Positions 1-9,892 of a stretch of DNA of 64,000 bases are shown here, piece after piece. The translations under genes and the position numbers were made by a program. Within the stretch, counting starts at the first letter, position 1. Each line of letters opens with the position of its first letter. This stretch comes from Candidatus Latescibacterota bacterium (GTDB taxonomy: Bacteria; Latescibacterota; UBA2968): positions 1,600,001-1,664,000 of the forward strand of contig OZ240241.1 of NCBI GenBank assembly GCA_965198115.1, read 5' to 3'. The notes beneath the pieces are model-generated. The model saw only the letters and a program-made list of their open reading frames with translations. It made no database searches and was not told the DNA's origin.

Positions 1-876
1 GCGCTCCACCGGCCCTACGCCAAGCAACTGGATGACGGTCGTGTCCTCGTCACCGGACGCCACGTCAACGGTGGGCTCGGGTGCTACGGATGGTGTGGCG
101 ATTTGGAAGAGGAGGCTGGAACGGTCTCGGTCGGAGGTCCACCCAGGGCGTTCGATGCCGAACTCAGGGACGACGCCCTCGTCATCGCAAATCATCCCGG
201 ACACGAATGTCGCTACACCTTGCTCCCGGCCGAGGATGCCAGGAGCGACGTCGACTTCGAGGCAGAAGTCAGGGTCGAAGGACCCGGCGACGAGGCCATC
301 GCCTTCCTCTCCATCAACGCGATCAGCACACGCAAGGACGGACCACCCGTCCTATACCTCTTCCCCGACCGGATCACGCTCAATCGACAGACCGCCGATT
401 TTGGCAAAGCCGTGGACATGACCGTCTGGCGAACCGTTCGACTTCGGCATCGACGCGGCCTCCTCACGGTGTCGGTCGACGGCAACGTCCTGGTCAGCGC
501 GAGCGTCTTTCGCGAACCCCCTCCGATCGTCGACTATCGGGGCGGCGATGTTCAGAAACGGACCCAGTTCGGCCAGCTGGGCTCGACCGGCACCTCCTGG
601 TGGCGCAGCGTCCGGTATCGTACCGGAAACCGCACGCTCCCGGACTACACGTGGTCCTGGCGGGTCGTCGAAAACCGCTGGCCGGACCAGTACCAGAGAG
701 ATCGGCTGATCCAGATACACGCCAACGACCGGCACGAAATGCCCGACCACGGCTACTCCTCCTGGCTTGTGCTCCCCGATGATCGGATCGTCTTCGTCGA
801 CTACACCAATCGGGGTGACGAACTTGGCAAGAGCCATCTGGTCGGTTGTCACATCACAATGGACGACCTCGCATAG
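1..876 (+). CDS. BNR/sialidase-like beta-propeller protein, 5'-truncated by the window edge
   Basis: Frame 1 is open from base 1 (ALHRPYAKQLDDGRVLVTGR...). C-terminal DHGYSSWLVLPDDRIVFVDY resembles exo-alpha-sialidase-like proteins. Confidence 0.55.
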   Translation, partial: ALHRPYAKQLDDGRVLVTGRHVNGGLGCYGWCGDLEEEAGTVSVGGPPRAFDAELRDDALVIANHPGHECRYTLLPAEDARSDVDFEAEVRVEGPGDEAIAFLSINAISTRKDGPPVLYLFPDRITLNRQTADFGKAVDMTVWRTVRLRHRRGLLTVSVDGNVLVSASVFREPPPIVDYRGGDVQKRTQFGQLGSTGTSWWRSVRYRTGNRTLPDYTWSWRVVENRWPDQYQRDRLIQIHANDRHEMPDHGYSSWLVLPDDRIVFVDYTNRGDELGKSHLVGCHITMDDLA

Positions 877-967
877 CCCACCCATTCCGCGGTTGACGTC
901 TCCATACGGCGATGCGAACGTGTAGCCCACCATCCTGAATCAGCCCAACCCAGGGAACCGGTCAACC

Positions 968-3221
968 GTGCAAAGCAAGTCCGATGCAGCACCCGCAACA
1001 GAATTCACACCGGATGAGCGCGGGTTTGTCCGGCACTGGGTCTGCGCCGGCCCCACCGCGACTCCCTCGTCGTCACAAGCACCACTGCGCGAAAGTAGTA
1101 TCCTCGTCACACCACTCCGCCTACCGACGGCCGTGACAGCAGGGGGACCCGGGCCGGAGGGCAGGCGGTGGCTCTTCCACTCACCGGGGTCGAACTGGTT
1201 TCTCGATCGCAGCGGGTTCTATCACAGCCACCACCGCCTCGAACTCTGGGCCGCCACAGACTTCGTCTCAAGCAGTGCCGTCGACTTGAGTTTTCGTGTT
1301 TGGACCCCGAACACGCTCGACCTCTGGTGCGGTTCCTCGCATCGTCTGAGGTTCGAAACGCCTTCACCTGGCAGGACCACGCCCTCAGCCATCAACGCGC
1401 TGCCGCTTCTGCCCGGACGGACACGCATCCTCGTCTATCTACAGGAACTGGCCGTACGCAACACGCCGTTCCAATTCGCCCTGGAAGTGATAGAGGGAGG
1501 GACGCTGAGCATCGCCGTGCCCGGAGACCCATCGCTCACGCCAGCGCTCGCCGCGATCGACGGTTGGCTCGAAACCGTGTCCTCGAATAGCAACCGACTG
1601 GTTGCGACCGCTGTCCCAACCGTTCCCGTCGATGTCATCCTGGATCGTGACGATGGAGCGATCCATCGATCCTGGCCCCACAATGAATCCGAATTGACCT
1701 GGCACGAAGATCGAATCACGGGCATCCAGCTCTCGGCGAGATTCGACGACCACAGACTCGAGCGGAGGTTCGAGCGCCCGATCGGCGATCGGTTGACTAC
1801 CCCGGGAGAGTCGTTGGACGATTTCCGTCTTCGCTATCTCGAGCACCTCGCCTTTACCGCGTCGGGAGACCATTCAGGCCTTGCTCGCCCGATACGCGCT
1901 CGACAAGCTCGATCGAGAAGCCGACGAGGAAGCCCTGCAAAATGCCCTCGACCACGTCGCAAAACGCCTGGACGGATCGGAAGATCACCTCGCCGTCATG
2001 ATCCGTCTCTACGCGCTTGGCTGGGGCCATCCCGAACAGCGCCGCCGGATCGAGCTCATTGTGACCGGCATCGACTGGGACAGCGAACTCGATACGGAAT
2101 CGTGAGGGAGGTCCCGCGAAGGTCAGGACCTGCTGCTCCGAACGTGCCGCTATCTCGCCGCAACACAGTTGCGGGAGGTCGCATTTTCCGATGCTGGAAG
2201 GACGGCCTCGGATCTGGCCGAATCGGGCCTCGAACAGTGCACATCGTGGCTAACGGAGCTGGAATCCAGCGGGTTTGAGACCTTCATGAGTGGGATTCAG
2301 ACGCCGATCACGATTGCCGCTCTGCTCAACGTGTGCGACTTCGCCCCGGATGGACAGCTGAAACAAAAAGCCTCCGCTCTGCTCGATCGTTTGCTGTATC
2401 AACTGGCCGAACACACGTTCGATGGCGTCACCGTCGGTCCCCAGGGAGATGCTGACCGGCGGGTCCTTTACCCGCATACCTCAGGAAGCCAGGGCCTCCT
2501 CTCGTGGGCGCTCGGAGAGGACATCGTCGAGTCGTTCAACCCCTGGGCGACCTTCCTCGCCACATCGGCCGCCTATCGATCGCCCCAGGACCTTCGAACT
2601 CACATCGATCGTCCCGTCAGTCGGACGTATTACGAAGCGGGGCTACCTATCACGATTCACAAAACGACATACGCCATGCTCTCGAGCGTGCGCATCGACG
2701 ATACACATCGGTCCGTAGACCGGAGACGGTCGGGTCACCTCTGGTGCGCCACCATCTCCAGTCGGTGCCACGTCTTCACGAACCATCCGTCGACACCCGG
2801 TGACGGCCACATCGGGCGCCCCGGATTCTGGCACGGGAACGGTGTGGTCCCCCGAGTCGCACAGGAGAAAAACGTCGTCTATCAGGTCTTCGACATCCCC
2901 GAAGATCACCCCATCGGGTTCACGCACGCGCACTGGCCCCTGGATGCGTTCGTGGAAACAGATGGGAAAGATGGGTGGCACTTCGGATTGGCAGAAAAGG
3001 GTCTCATCGGGCTCTGGTGCAGCGAGCCCACGCAGGTCGAAAGCGATATCCTCGTCGAGCGTGAGCTCCGAGCCTGGGGACGCCAGGTCGCGTGGATCTG
3101 CGTCTGTGGAGGGGCCGACGAGGGGCCCTTGACGGCGTTAGTCGATACGTGTGTCGCCAGTCGACCCGAATTCAGGCTTCCCACCCGCCAGCTCCTGTGG
3201 GAAGGCCAGGTCGTCCTGTGA
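968..3221 (+). pseudogene. Large hypothetical protein (possibly heparinase II/III-like), broken by a frameshift (~1880) and an in-frame TGA (2103-2105)
   Basis: ORF 968 turns low-complexity after ~1875. The next frame continues LARYALDKL...DTES*GRSREGQDLLLRTCRYLAA directly into ORF 2169-3221 (VFTNHP, RPGFWHGNGVVPRVAQ, FTHAHWP). Confidence 0.6.
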
Positions 3222-3252
3222 GGGACAGGGTCCGTCACGACAATAATGAGCA

Positions 3253-3304
3253 CGTGGGGATGAATCCCCACGCAACGACAGCGAAGCCCGCTGAAGCGGG
3301 CTAA
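3253..3304 (+). repeat. REP-like double-hairpin unit, copy 1
   Basis: cgtgggga-tgaa-tccccacg, spacer, then agcccgc-tgaa-gcgggct-aa. Same architecture as the copies at 4824 and 5390. Confidence 0.75.
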
Positions 3305-3319
3305 AACCAGGAACCCTTC

Positions 3320-4783
3320 ATGCCGACACCCAACATCGTTTACATCTGTTCGGACCAGCACAGCTTTCGCTTCACAGGCTACGCCGGTCATCCGCTGGTC
3401 CAATCGCCCAGCATGGATGCACTCGCCGAACGGGGAACCGTCTTCAGCAGCGCCTATTGTGGAAGCCCCGTCTGCGTGCCTGGACGTGCCTGTTTGATGA
3501 CGGGGATGTATCCATCCGACTGCAACTCGTTCTGCAACTCGACTGTCTGGGACGGCTCGTATCCAACCTGGGGCACCTTGATGGGCAAAGCCGGATACCA
3601 TTGTGTCGCCACGGGAAAGTTCGATCTGGACGCGGAGCGTGAGCTCGGTTTCGAGTGCATGACTGTCACCAACGGCCACGCGATCGACGCCGACATCACA
3701 TCGCTCTTCAGGCGGCCCTTGCTGGGATTTCGCAATGGTCAGCGGGCGGGTATGGATGGTGGAACGCGAGAAGAGCCCCATCGCGACAAGAAATACACCG
3801 ACATTGCGACAGATTGGATACACGAGAAATCGAGGGGTATCGACGGGCCCTGGCTGCTCTATGCGGGTTTCTCGCAGCCCCACTCTCCCTTTCGCTGCCT
3901 GCCCGAACACTTCGAAAAGTACCCGCTCGATCGCATCGACCTGCCTGACTTCACGAACGAAGAGCGGGAACAGATGCACGAGCCCTATCAGATGCGACGT
4001 TCGAACCCCTCGACCTCCGTTCCGGTCCCCGAACAGAATCTGCGTCGCATGCGAGCAGCCTACTACGGCATGATCACCGAACTCGACGACTACATCGGGC
4101 AGATTGTCGCAGCCCTCGAGTCGACCGGACAGCTCGACGACACGATCGTGCTCTACACCTCGGACCACGGCGAGTCGCTCGGTGAACACGATCTCTGGAC
4201 CAAGGGCAACATGTTCGAGGACTCTGCCCACATTCCCCTCGTGATGGCGGGGCCGGGCATCCCCTCTGGACAGACCGTCGACACCGCCGTGGCCCACGTC
4301 GACCTCGTTCCCACGATGCTCGACATCGCTGGGGGCGACACGCCCGACCACCTCCGCGGGCATTCACTCATCCCGTTAATGTCTGGAGAACCCGGCAACC
4401 ATCCAGGTTTCTCCTACACCGAGAGTCATTCCGGCGGCAATGTGACTGGATCCTACCTGATCCGGGAAGGCGACTGGAAGTACATTCACTTCACGTGGTT
4501 CGATGACCTGCTGTTCAACGTCGCCGAAGATCCGATGGAGAAGATCAACCGCATCGACGACCCAGACGTTTCCGAAATTCTCGACCGGCTGCGCGAGAGG
4601 CTGCACAGCCAAGTACAGCCCGAAGCGCTTACACGGCGCGCTTTCCAGGTTCAGCGGGACTTCCTCGATTCCTACGTGGCCTCGAAGACCGAAGATGAAC
4701 TCACCGCCGCCTTCGAGAGTCGGATGGGACCCGGTTTTGCGCGGGCCATGGCTGTGAAGTGCAAATCGGGCTCGATGGGTTAG
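3320..4783 (+). CDS. Sulfatase (choline-sulfatase-like, Cys-type)
   Basis: PNIVYICSDQH, CVPGRA (CxPxR), SDHGE motifs. Confidence 0.9.
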   Translation: MPTPNIVYICSDQHSFRFTGYAGHPLVQSPSMDALAERGTVFSSAYCGSPVCVPGRACLMTGMYPSDCNSFCNSTVWDGSYPTWGTLMGKAGYHCVATGKFDLDAERELGFECMTVTNGHAIDADITSLFRRPLLGFRNGQRAGMDGGTREEPHRDKKYTDIATDWIHEKSRGIDGPWLLYAGFSQPHSPFRCLPEHFEKYPLDRIDLPDFTNEEREQMHEPYQMRRSNPSTSVPVPEQNLRRMRAAYYGMITELDDYIGQIVAALESTGQLDDTIVLYTSDHGESLGEHDLWTKGNMFEDSAHIPLVMAGPGIPSGQTVDTAVAHVDLVPTMLDIAGGDTPDHLRGHSLIPLMSGEPGNHPGFSYTESHSGGNVTGSYLIREGDWKYIHFTWFDDLLFNVAEDPMEKINRIDDPDVSEILDRLRERLHSQVQPEALTRRAFQVQRDFLDSYVASKTEDELTAAFESRMGPGFARAMAVKCKSGSMG

Positions 4784-4823
4784 CACTCACTTCTGGAGCG
4801 TTCGGTTGCGGTGTTTTCGCCTC

Positions 4824-4872
4824 GTGTGCGCGGGGCTGAAGCCCCGCACACTATGTAGCGAAGCCGGCTCAG
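4824..4872 (+). repeat. REP-like double-hairpin unit, copy 2 (second hairpin degenerate)
   Basis: gcggggc-tgaa-gccccgc ... agcgaagccggctc, ending just before the tnpA stop codon. Confidence 0.7.
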
Positions 4873-4876
4873 ATCC

Positions 4877-5293
4877 TCAATCCTCGGAATCACAGTGTTC
4901 CATTCGGTCAATCGTTGATCCCTTGCTATGATGGAGCTTCTGATTTCGTACATAGCGAATGACGTCTTCTAGATCCCGTTCCGCGAACGTGAAAGCACCG
5001 TATCCCTGCTGCCATTTGAATGACGACTGTTTCATCGCTTTGTTCATGAAATGGGCAGAACTCCCTTTCAATTTTCCGAGCGCTTCCGAAACAGACACCG
5101 TCGCTCCCCAACTCGCTACAACGTGAATATGGTCTTCGGTTCCGTCCACGGCGAATATCCTATATCCGTAGGCTGGCCCCGTCGATCCCACATATTGATA
5201 CAGCCGCTCTTGTGTTGGTGAATGTATGAGTGGCTTACGTCGAGTTGTCGACCAGACCAGATGGTAATACAACTTCGTCCACGCTTTGGACAT
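4877..5293 (-). CDS. tnpA: IS200/IS605-family (RAYT-like) HUH tyrosine transposase
   Basis: YYHLVWST, HUH motif DHIH, KGSS, WQQGYGAF, catalytic Tyr in RYVRNQ. No tnpB adjacent. Confidence 0.88.
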   Translation of the reverse strand: MSKAWTKLYYHLVWSTTRRKPLIHSPTQERLYQYVGSTGPAYGYRIFAVDGTEDHIHVVASWGATVSVSEALGKLKGSSAHFMNKAMKQSSFKWQQGYGAFTFAERDLEDVIRYVRNQKLHHSKGSTIDRMEHCDSED

Positions 5294-5389
5294 TCTGTTC
5301 TCCTGCAAGTTGCTGTTGAAGGAACCTTTCCAGATCTTGGATAGATCAGCCTTGTCACAGGAGACCATTGCATAAACCGTGCCTCACAG

Positions 5390-5444
5390 TTAGCCCGCTT
5401 CAGCGGGCTTTGCTAGGCTGTGCGGGGCTTCAGCCCAGCACAGC
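5390..5444 (-). repeat. REP-like double-hairpin unit, copy 3 (inverted)
   Basis: Reverse complement reads gctgtgctgggc-tgaa-gccccgcacagc-ctagcaa-agcccgc-tgaa-gcgggct-aa. Confidence 0.75.
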
Positions 5445-5459
5445 AGAACAGATCAGGTA

Positions 5460-7091
5460 ATGTCACAATCAACTGACAAAAGCCCATCCAAAGAGCCCCT
5501 CCCCAATTTCCTCTGGATCTCCCTCGAGGACACGAGTCCGCGTTTCGGTTGCTATGGGGACACGCTTGCCCGCACGCCCAACCTCGACCGCCTCGCGAGT
5601 GAGGGGCGACGATACACGAACGCTTTTTCCACGGCGGGCGTCTGCGCGCCGAGTCGATCGGCCATCATCACCGGTGTCTACCAGACGTCGATGGGCACGC
5701 ATCACATGCGAACGACCCACACGAATCCGAACGCGCCGGAGTTGCCGACGCCCTATTCGGCCGTTCCCCCGCACTACGTAAAGACGATCACCGAGTACCT
5801 TCGAGCCGCCGGCTACTTTTGCACGAACAATAAGAAGACGGACTACCAGTTCACCCCACCGTTCACGGCGTGGGACGAGTTGGGCGACCACGCTCACTGG
5901 CGCAACCGAAGGCGACACGACCAGCCCTTCTTCGCGGTTTTCAACCCCACGGTCACCCACGAGAGCGGGATGTGGCCCAAGGAGGATGATCGTCCACCCA
6001 TCACGGATCCCGACAAGGTCGAGCTACCCCCCTACATTCCGGACACGCCGAAGTGTCGCGCGGCCTTGGCCAAACACTACGACAACCTCGAAATCGCAGA
6101 TGGGATTGTCGGAGACATTCTTGCCGAGCTCGACGAGGACGGCCTTGCCGACGACACGATCGTCATGATCTGGAGCGATCACGGCGAGGGCTTGCCGCGC
6201 GGGAAACGATGGCCCTACGACCGCGGCATCCGCATCCCCCTCATCGTACGTTGGCCGGGAGAGATCGAGCCCGGAGACGTATCGGACAACCTGGTAAGCC
6301 TGATCGATCTGGGCCCGACGCTCCTATCGCTGGGAGCCGATGTCCCTCGCCACTTACAAGGTCAGCCGTTTCTGGGGCCCAGAGCCGTAGAACGAGAATA
6401 CGTCTACGCGTCGAGGGACCGCCACGACGAGGCGTACGACATGGTTCGCGCCGTTCGAGACAAACGGTACAAGTACCTTCGCAACTTCTATCCCGAAAAG
6501 CCCTACCTCCTCTGGATCCCGTACCGAAACCGGCATCCTATGCTTCAGGAGATCTGGAGGTTACACCGTGAAGGGGGGCTCGAGGGTCCGCAGCAGCGGT
6601 TGGTGGATACGCATCGCCCGCCGGAAGAACTCTACGACACACACGCCGATCCGTGGGAGATCCACGACCTGTCGAAAAACCCGGCACATCGGGAAACTCT
6701 GATGCGGATGAGGGCCGCCCTAGATGAGTGGCGCCGCGAGGTGGGCGATATGGGCGTGGTGTCGGAAGAGGAAATGGTCGACGGTTGGTGGCCCAATGGT
6801 CGGCAACCGAGGACGGGCACGCCGACCTTCATCCCGATCGATCACGATCACGCAGGGACGGAGGCCGCACCCGAGGAAATCGCCCTAGAAGCGCCTGCAC
6901 TGCTTCAGATGCAGTGCGGGACACAGGGTGCGTCGATCGGCTACACGTTCGAAGAAGGGGACGAGGCTCGTTGGTTGTTGTATTCGGAGCCCCTTCGGCT
7001 GAATCCGGGCACCTACCGCCTCCGTGCGAAGGCCATCCGGATCGGGTATGAGGAGAGCGACGAGCGGGTGGGGACGTTCGAGGTGAGGTAG
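5460..7091 (+). CDS. Sulfatase (N-sulfoglucosamine sulfohydrolase-like) with C-terminal small beta domain
   Basis: PNFLWISLED, CAPSRS, SDHG, RDRHDE, EELYD motifs. Confidence 0.9.
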   Translation: MSQSTDKSPSKEPLPNFLWISLEDTSPRFGCYGDTLARTPNLDRLASEGRRYTNAFSTAGVCAPSRSAIITGVYQTSMGTHHMRTTHTNPNAPELPTPYSAVPPHYVKTITEYLRAAGYFCTNNKKTDYQFTPPFTAWDELGDHAHWRNRRRHDQPFFAVFNPTVTHESGMWPKEDDRPPITDPDKVELPPYIPDTPKCRAALAKHYDNLEIADGIVGDILAELDEDGLADDTIVMIWSDHGEGLPRGKRWPYDRGIRIPLIVRWPGEIEPGDVSDNLVSLIDLGPTLLSLGADVPRHLQGQPFLGPRAVEREYVYASRDRHDEAYDMVRAVRDKRYKYLRNFYPEKPYLLWIPYRNRHPMLQEIWRLHREGGLEGPQQRLVDTHRPPEELYDTHADPWEIHDLSKNPAHRETLMRMRAALDEWRREVGDMGVVSEEEMVDGWWPNGRQPRTGTPTFIPIDHDHAGTEAAPEEIALEAPALLQMQCGTQGASIGYTFEEGDEARWLLYSEPLRLNPGTYRLRAKAIRIGYEESDERVGTFEVR

Positions 7092-7140
7092 GGTATCCCA
7101 CGCGTGGTGTCCGTAGAGTCACGGCATTCCGTGACCCTAC
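7088..7140. repeat. Pair of GTAG-type REP-like palindromes between convergent genes
   Basis: gtagggtatcccacgcgtggtgtcc and gtagagtcacgg-catt-ccgtgaccctac. Both flanking stop codons lie within GTAG/CTAC. Confidence 0.6.
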
Positions 7141-8126
7141 CCTAAAATCGACTCAACCTCCTCCTCCAACCTTCGATCCAACCGCGCCCCCAACTTCGAC
7201 ACGACCTGGGCCCCTGCATAGTTCGCGAGCTGAGTGGCCTGCTCGTTCGAATAACCGTTCGTGATGCCGAAGAGAAACGCCCCCGCGAAAGCATCCCCGG
7301 CACCGTTGGTGTCGACCACGTCGACAGAGTAGCCCTTCACTTCGCGTACGTTTCCCTTGTCCGAAACCACGGCGCCCTCGCCTCCAAGCGTCACGACGTA
7401 GTCCCCGACGACTTTACCCAATACGGAGCACGCTGCCCCCACCCCATCTCGATCCGTATACGTCTTCGCCTCTCCCTCGTTGGCGAAAAGGAGGTCGATA
7501 CCCCCCTTAATCACCGATTCGAGTGGCTCTCGGAAGACATCGATGATGAATCCGTCGCTCAACGTCAAGGCTACCTTCGCCCCGACGGCGTGTGCCTCCT
7601 TCTGCGTCTTCAGAGCCGCTTCGACACCCGTGCCCGAAGATAGCAAGTAGCCCTCGATGTAGACGACACCGCTGTTCTCTATCACCGCACTCTCGACCTG
7701 TTCGGGGCCGAAAGTCGACGTGATGCCCAGAAACGTGTTCATGCTGCGTTCGCCGTCTGGCGTGATCAGAACAAGGCACGTTCCCGTCACACCCTCATCT
7801 CGATTGGAGCGGTTCGATTCTACGCCTGCCTCCGACAGATCATCGAGGTAGAAATCACCCGCCTCGTCGGTCCCCACCTTACACCCATAGTAGGATGACC
7901 CACCAAGACCACTCACCATGATCATCGTGTTGGCCGCCGACCCCCCGGACGTCCGTTGCAGGGGCTCCCCTTCGACGGCATCGCTCAGCGCCTGCTGACG
8001 GCCCTCATCGACCAGGGTCATTCCCCCCTTTTCAACGTCCATTCGACTCAGATACTCGTCATCGACCTGGTATTGAACGTCCACGAGCGCGTTACCGATA
8101 CCGTAGACGTTGTAGCGCTTCGACAT
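7137..8126 (-). CDS. PfkB-family carbohydrate kinase (adenosine kinase-like)
   Basis: GIGNALVD, GGSAAN, DTNGAGDAFAG signature. Confidence 0.9.
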   Translation of the reverse strand: MSKRYNVYGIGNALVDVQYQVDDEYLSRMDVEKGGMTLVDEGRQQALSDAVEGEPLQRTSGGSAANTMIMVSGLGGSSYYGCKVGTDEAGDFYLDDLSEAGVESNRSNRDEGVTGTCLVLITPDGERSMNTFLGITSTFGPEQVESAVIENSGVVYIEGYLLSSGTGVEAALKTQKEAHAVGAKVALTLSDGFIIDVFREPLESVIKGGIDLLFANEGEAKTYTDRDGVGAACSVLGKVVGDYVVTLGGEGAVVSDKGNVREVKGYSVDVVDTNGAGDAFAGAFLFGITNGYSNEQATQLANYAGAQVVSKLGARLDRRLEEEVESILG

Positions 8127-8278
8127 GCAGACTCCTTGTGTAACCGTGATAAAGGCGTATCTTGGGGCCCACGATATAGCAAAGTTGAGATCGGCGCAAC
8201 TGACGACTAGACAACAGGTTGGACGAATCACCGCCTGAACCTCCGAGTCCTTCGCCCGGATCGCCCTCATCCAGAGTC

Positions 8279-9763
8279 ATGCCTCACAAACCTCACCTCA
8301 TCATCCTGATGGCCGACCAGTTGCGATACGATCTGGTCGGCGAGCACACCCCCAACATATCTGCCCTGATGGCCGAGAGTACGCGTTTCTCGCGCGCCTA
8401 CTGTGCTTCACCACTATGTGTACCCGCCCGGGGAGCTTTCTTCACGGGTCGGTATCCTAATGAAAACGGCTCGCTGATCAACCCCTGGGAAAAGAAGGAG
8501 TCCGTCCACGGCGACGTGCGTGCGGGTATCCCCAACCTCTACGGTCTGCTTGAAGACGAATGGGACAGCTGGCACACCGGCAAGCAACACCTGATGACCG
8601 CGGATGAGCTGGATCGCTCGCCCGAGACGAAGACACACTGGCTGAGCCTGAATCGTGGCTACGGGGATCATCTGAAATCTCAGGGCAAGCGACGACCCGG
8701 AGGCCCGGAATTCAAAGGCTTCATGCCCGAGATGGCTTATGGCACCACGACGCGTACCAAGACGTATTCGATCCCTACAACCGGATGCTACGAGCACGGC
8801 CTGGACGATTTCTTCGATGGCTACATCAAGAACACATCGATTCGGGCCATCGACGAGCGCGATCGATCGAAGCCGTTCATGCTGAACGCCATGTTCATCG
8901 CACCCCACCCACCCTACGACATTCCCGAGCCGTTCTACTCGCACGTCAGGGGAATGGACATGCCCGAGAACGTTGGCGTGTGGGGGGCGGGGCAATCCCC
9001 TCTTCAGCTCTACAACCTGACAGGCTTCCTCGGTTCCCGATATTCCCGTGAAGACTGGCAGATGCCCTGGGATGTCTACACAGGACTCGTCGCCCTGCTA
9101 GACCACTGCATCGGCGAAATCGTTCAGAAGCTCAAGGATGAGGACGTGTATGACGATGCCCTTATTCTCTGGACAGCCGACCACGGTGAAATGCTCGGTT
9201 CGCACTGCCTGTTCCAGAAAATGTGCATGTACGAGGAATCCACGCACGTCCCCATGTCCTTCAAGCTGCCCAAGGGTTGGCAGCAGACGGCATCATCCGA
9301 ACAGCTCGTCAGTCACATCGACGTACTCCCGACCCTATGTGACTTTCTGGACGTCCCGATTCCCAAAGGGGTCACGGGCGTCTCCCTGCGTCCCACCATC
9401 GAGTCGGGAGCAAGCATCGATCGGGATGGTGTTTTCATCCAGTTCGACGGAAACGGAGCTCGTGGTAACTTCCAGCGAAGCATCGTGAAGGGTCGACACA
9501 AACTGATTGTCGATCTGTTCAAGGACGAAACCTTCTTCGAACTCTACGATGTCATCGATGACCCTCAGGAAAAATACAATCGTGCCTTCGAGGAGCAGGA
9601 CGTTACACGAGAACTCGCACGCCTCCTGACAGACTGGATGCGTGACACGGGTGACCTCATCAGCATCGATGCAGACGCCTACGACCGGTTTCTGGAAGCC
9701 TACGCAGCTTTCCAGTCAGCCGAACCGACCTACCCCATTGCGCCAAGAGCAGAGCAGTCATGA
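8279..9763 (+). CDS. Sulfatase (Cys-type)
   Basis: LIILMADQ, CVPARG, ADHGEM motifs. Confidence 0.9.
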   Translation: MPHKPHLIILMADQLRYDLVGEHTPNISALMAESTRFSRAYCASPLCVPARGAFFTGRYPNENGSLINPWEKKESVHGDVRAGIPNLYGLLEDEWDSWHTGKQHLMTADELDRSPETKTHWLSLNRGYGDHLKSQGKRRPGGPEFKGFMPEMAYGTTTRTKTYSIPTTGCYEHGLDDFFDGYIKNTSIRAIDERDRSKPFMLNAMFIAPHPPYDIPEPFYSHVRGMDMPENVGVWGAGQSPLQLYNLTGFLGSRYSREDWQMPWDVYTGLVALLDHCIGEIVQKLKDEDVYDDALILWTADHGEMLGSHCLFQKMCMYEESTHVPMSFKLPKGWQQTASSEQLVSHIDVLPTLCDFLDVPIPKGVTGVSLRPTIESGASIDRDGVFIQFDGNGARGNFQRSIVKGRHKLIVDLFKDETFFELYDVIDDPQEKYNRAFEEQDVTRELARLLTDWMRDTGDLISIDADAYDRFLEAYAAFQSAEPTYPIAPRAEQS

Positions 9764-9892
9764 CACAAGTACGCGAAGGATGGTGGCTGCCCAAATGTCC
9801 GGGTTCACCCATCACTCATTCCCGATAGGGTTATGGAGGCTTCGTCGGCTACCCTCAGTGTCCTCAGTGGCTGCCTTTAGGGAGGTATCCCA

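Noticed and set aside
2103-2105. In-frame TGA as selenocysteine or recoded Trp
   Set aside because: No redox Cys context or clear SECIS, many genes here end in TGA, and the same gene has a separate frameshift.
3253-5444. CRISPR array or TnpB/omega-RNA system
   Set aside because: The repeats are dispersed, not regularly spaced; no cas, tnpB or iscB ORF is present.
9853-9871. 9-mer doublet ctcagtgtc-ctcagtggc
   Set aside because: Only two units, too weak to call.
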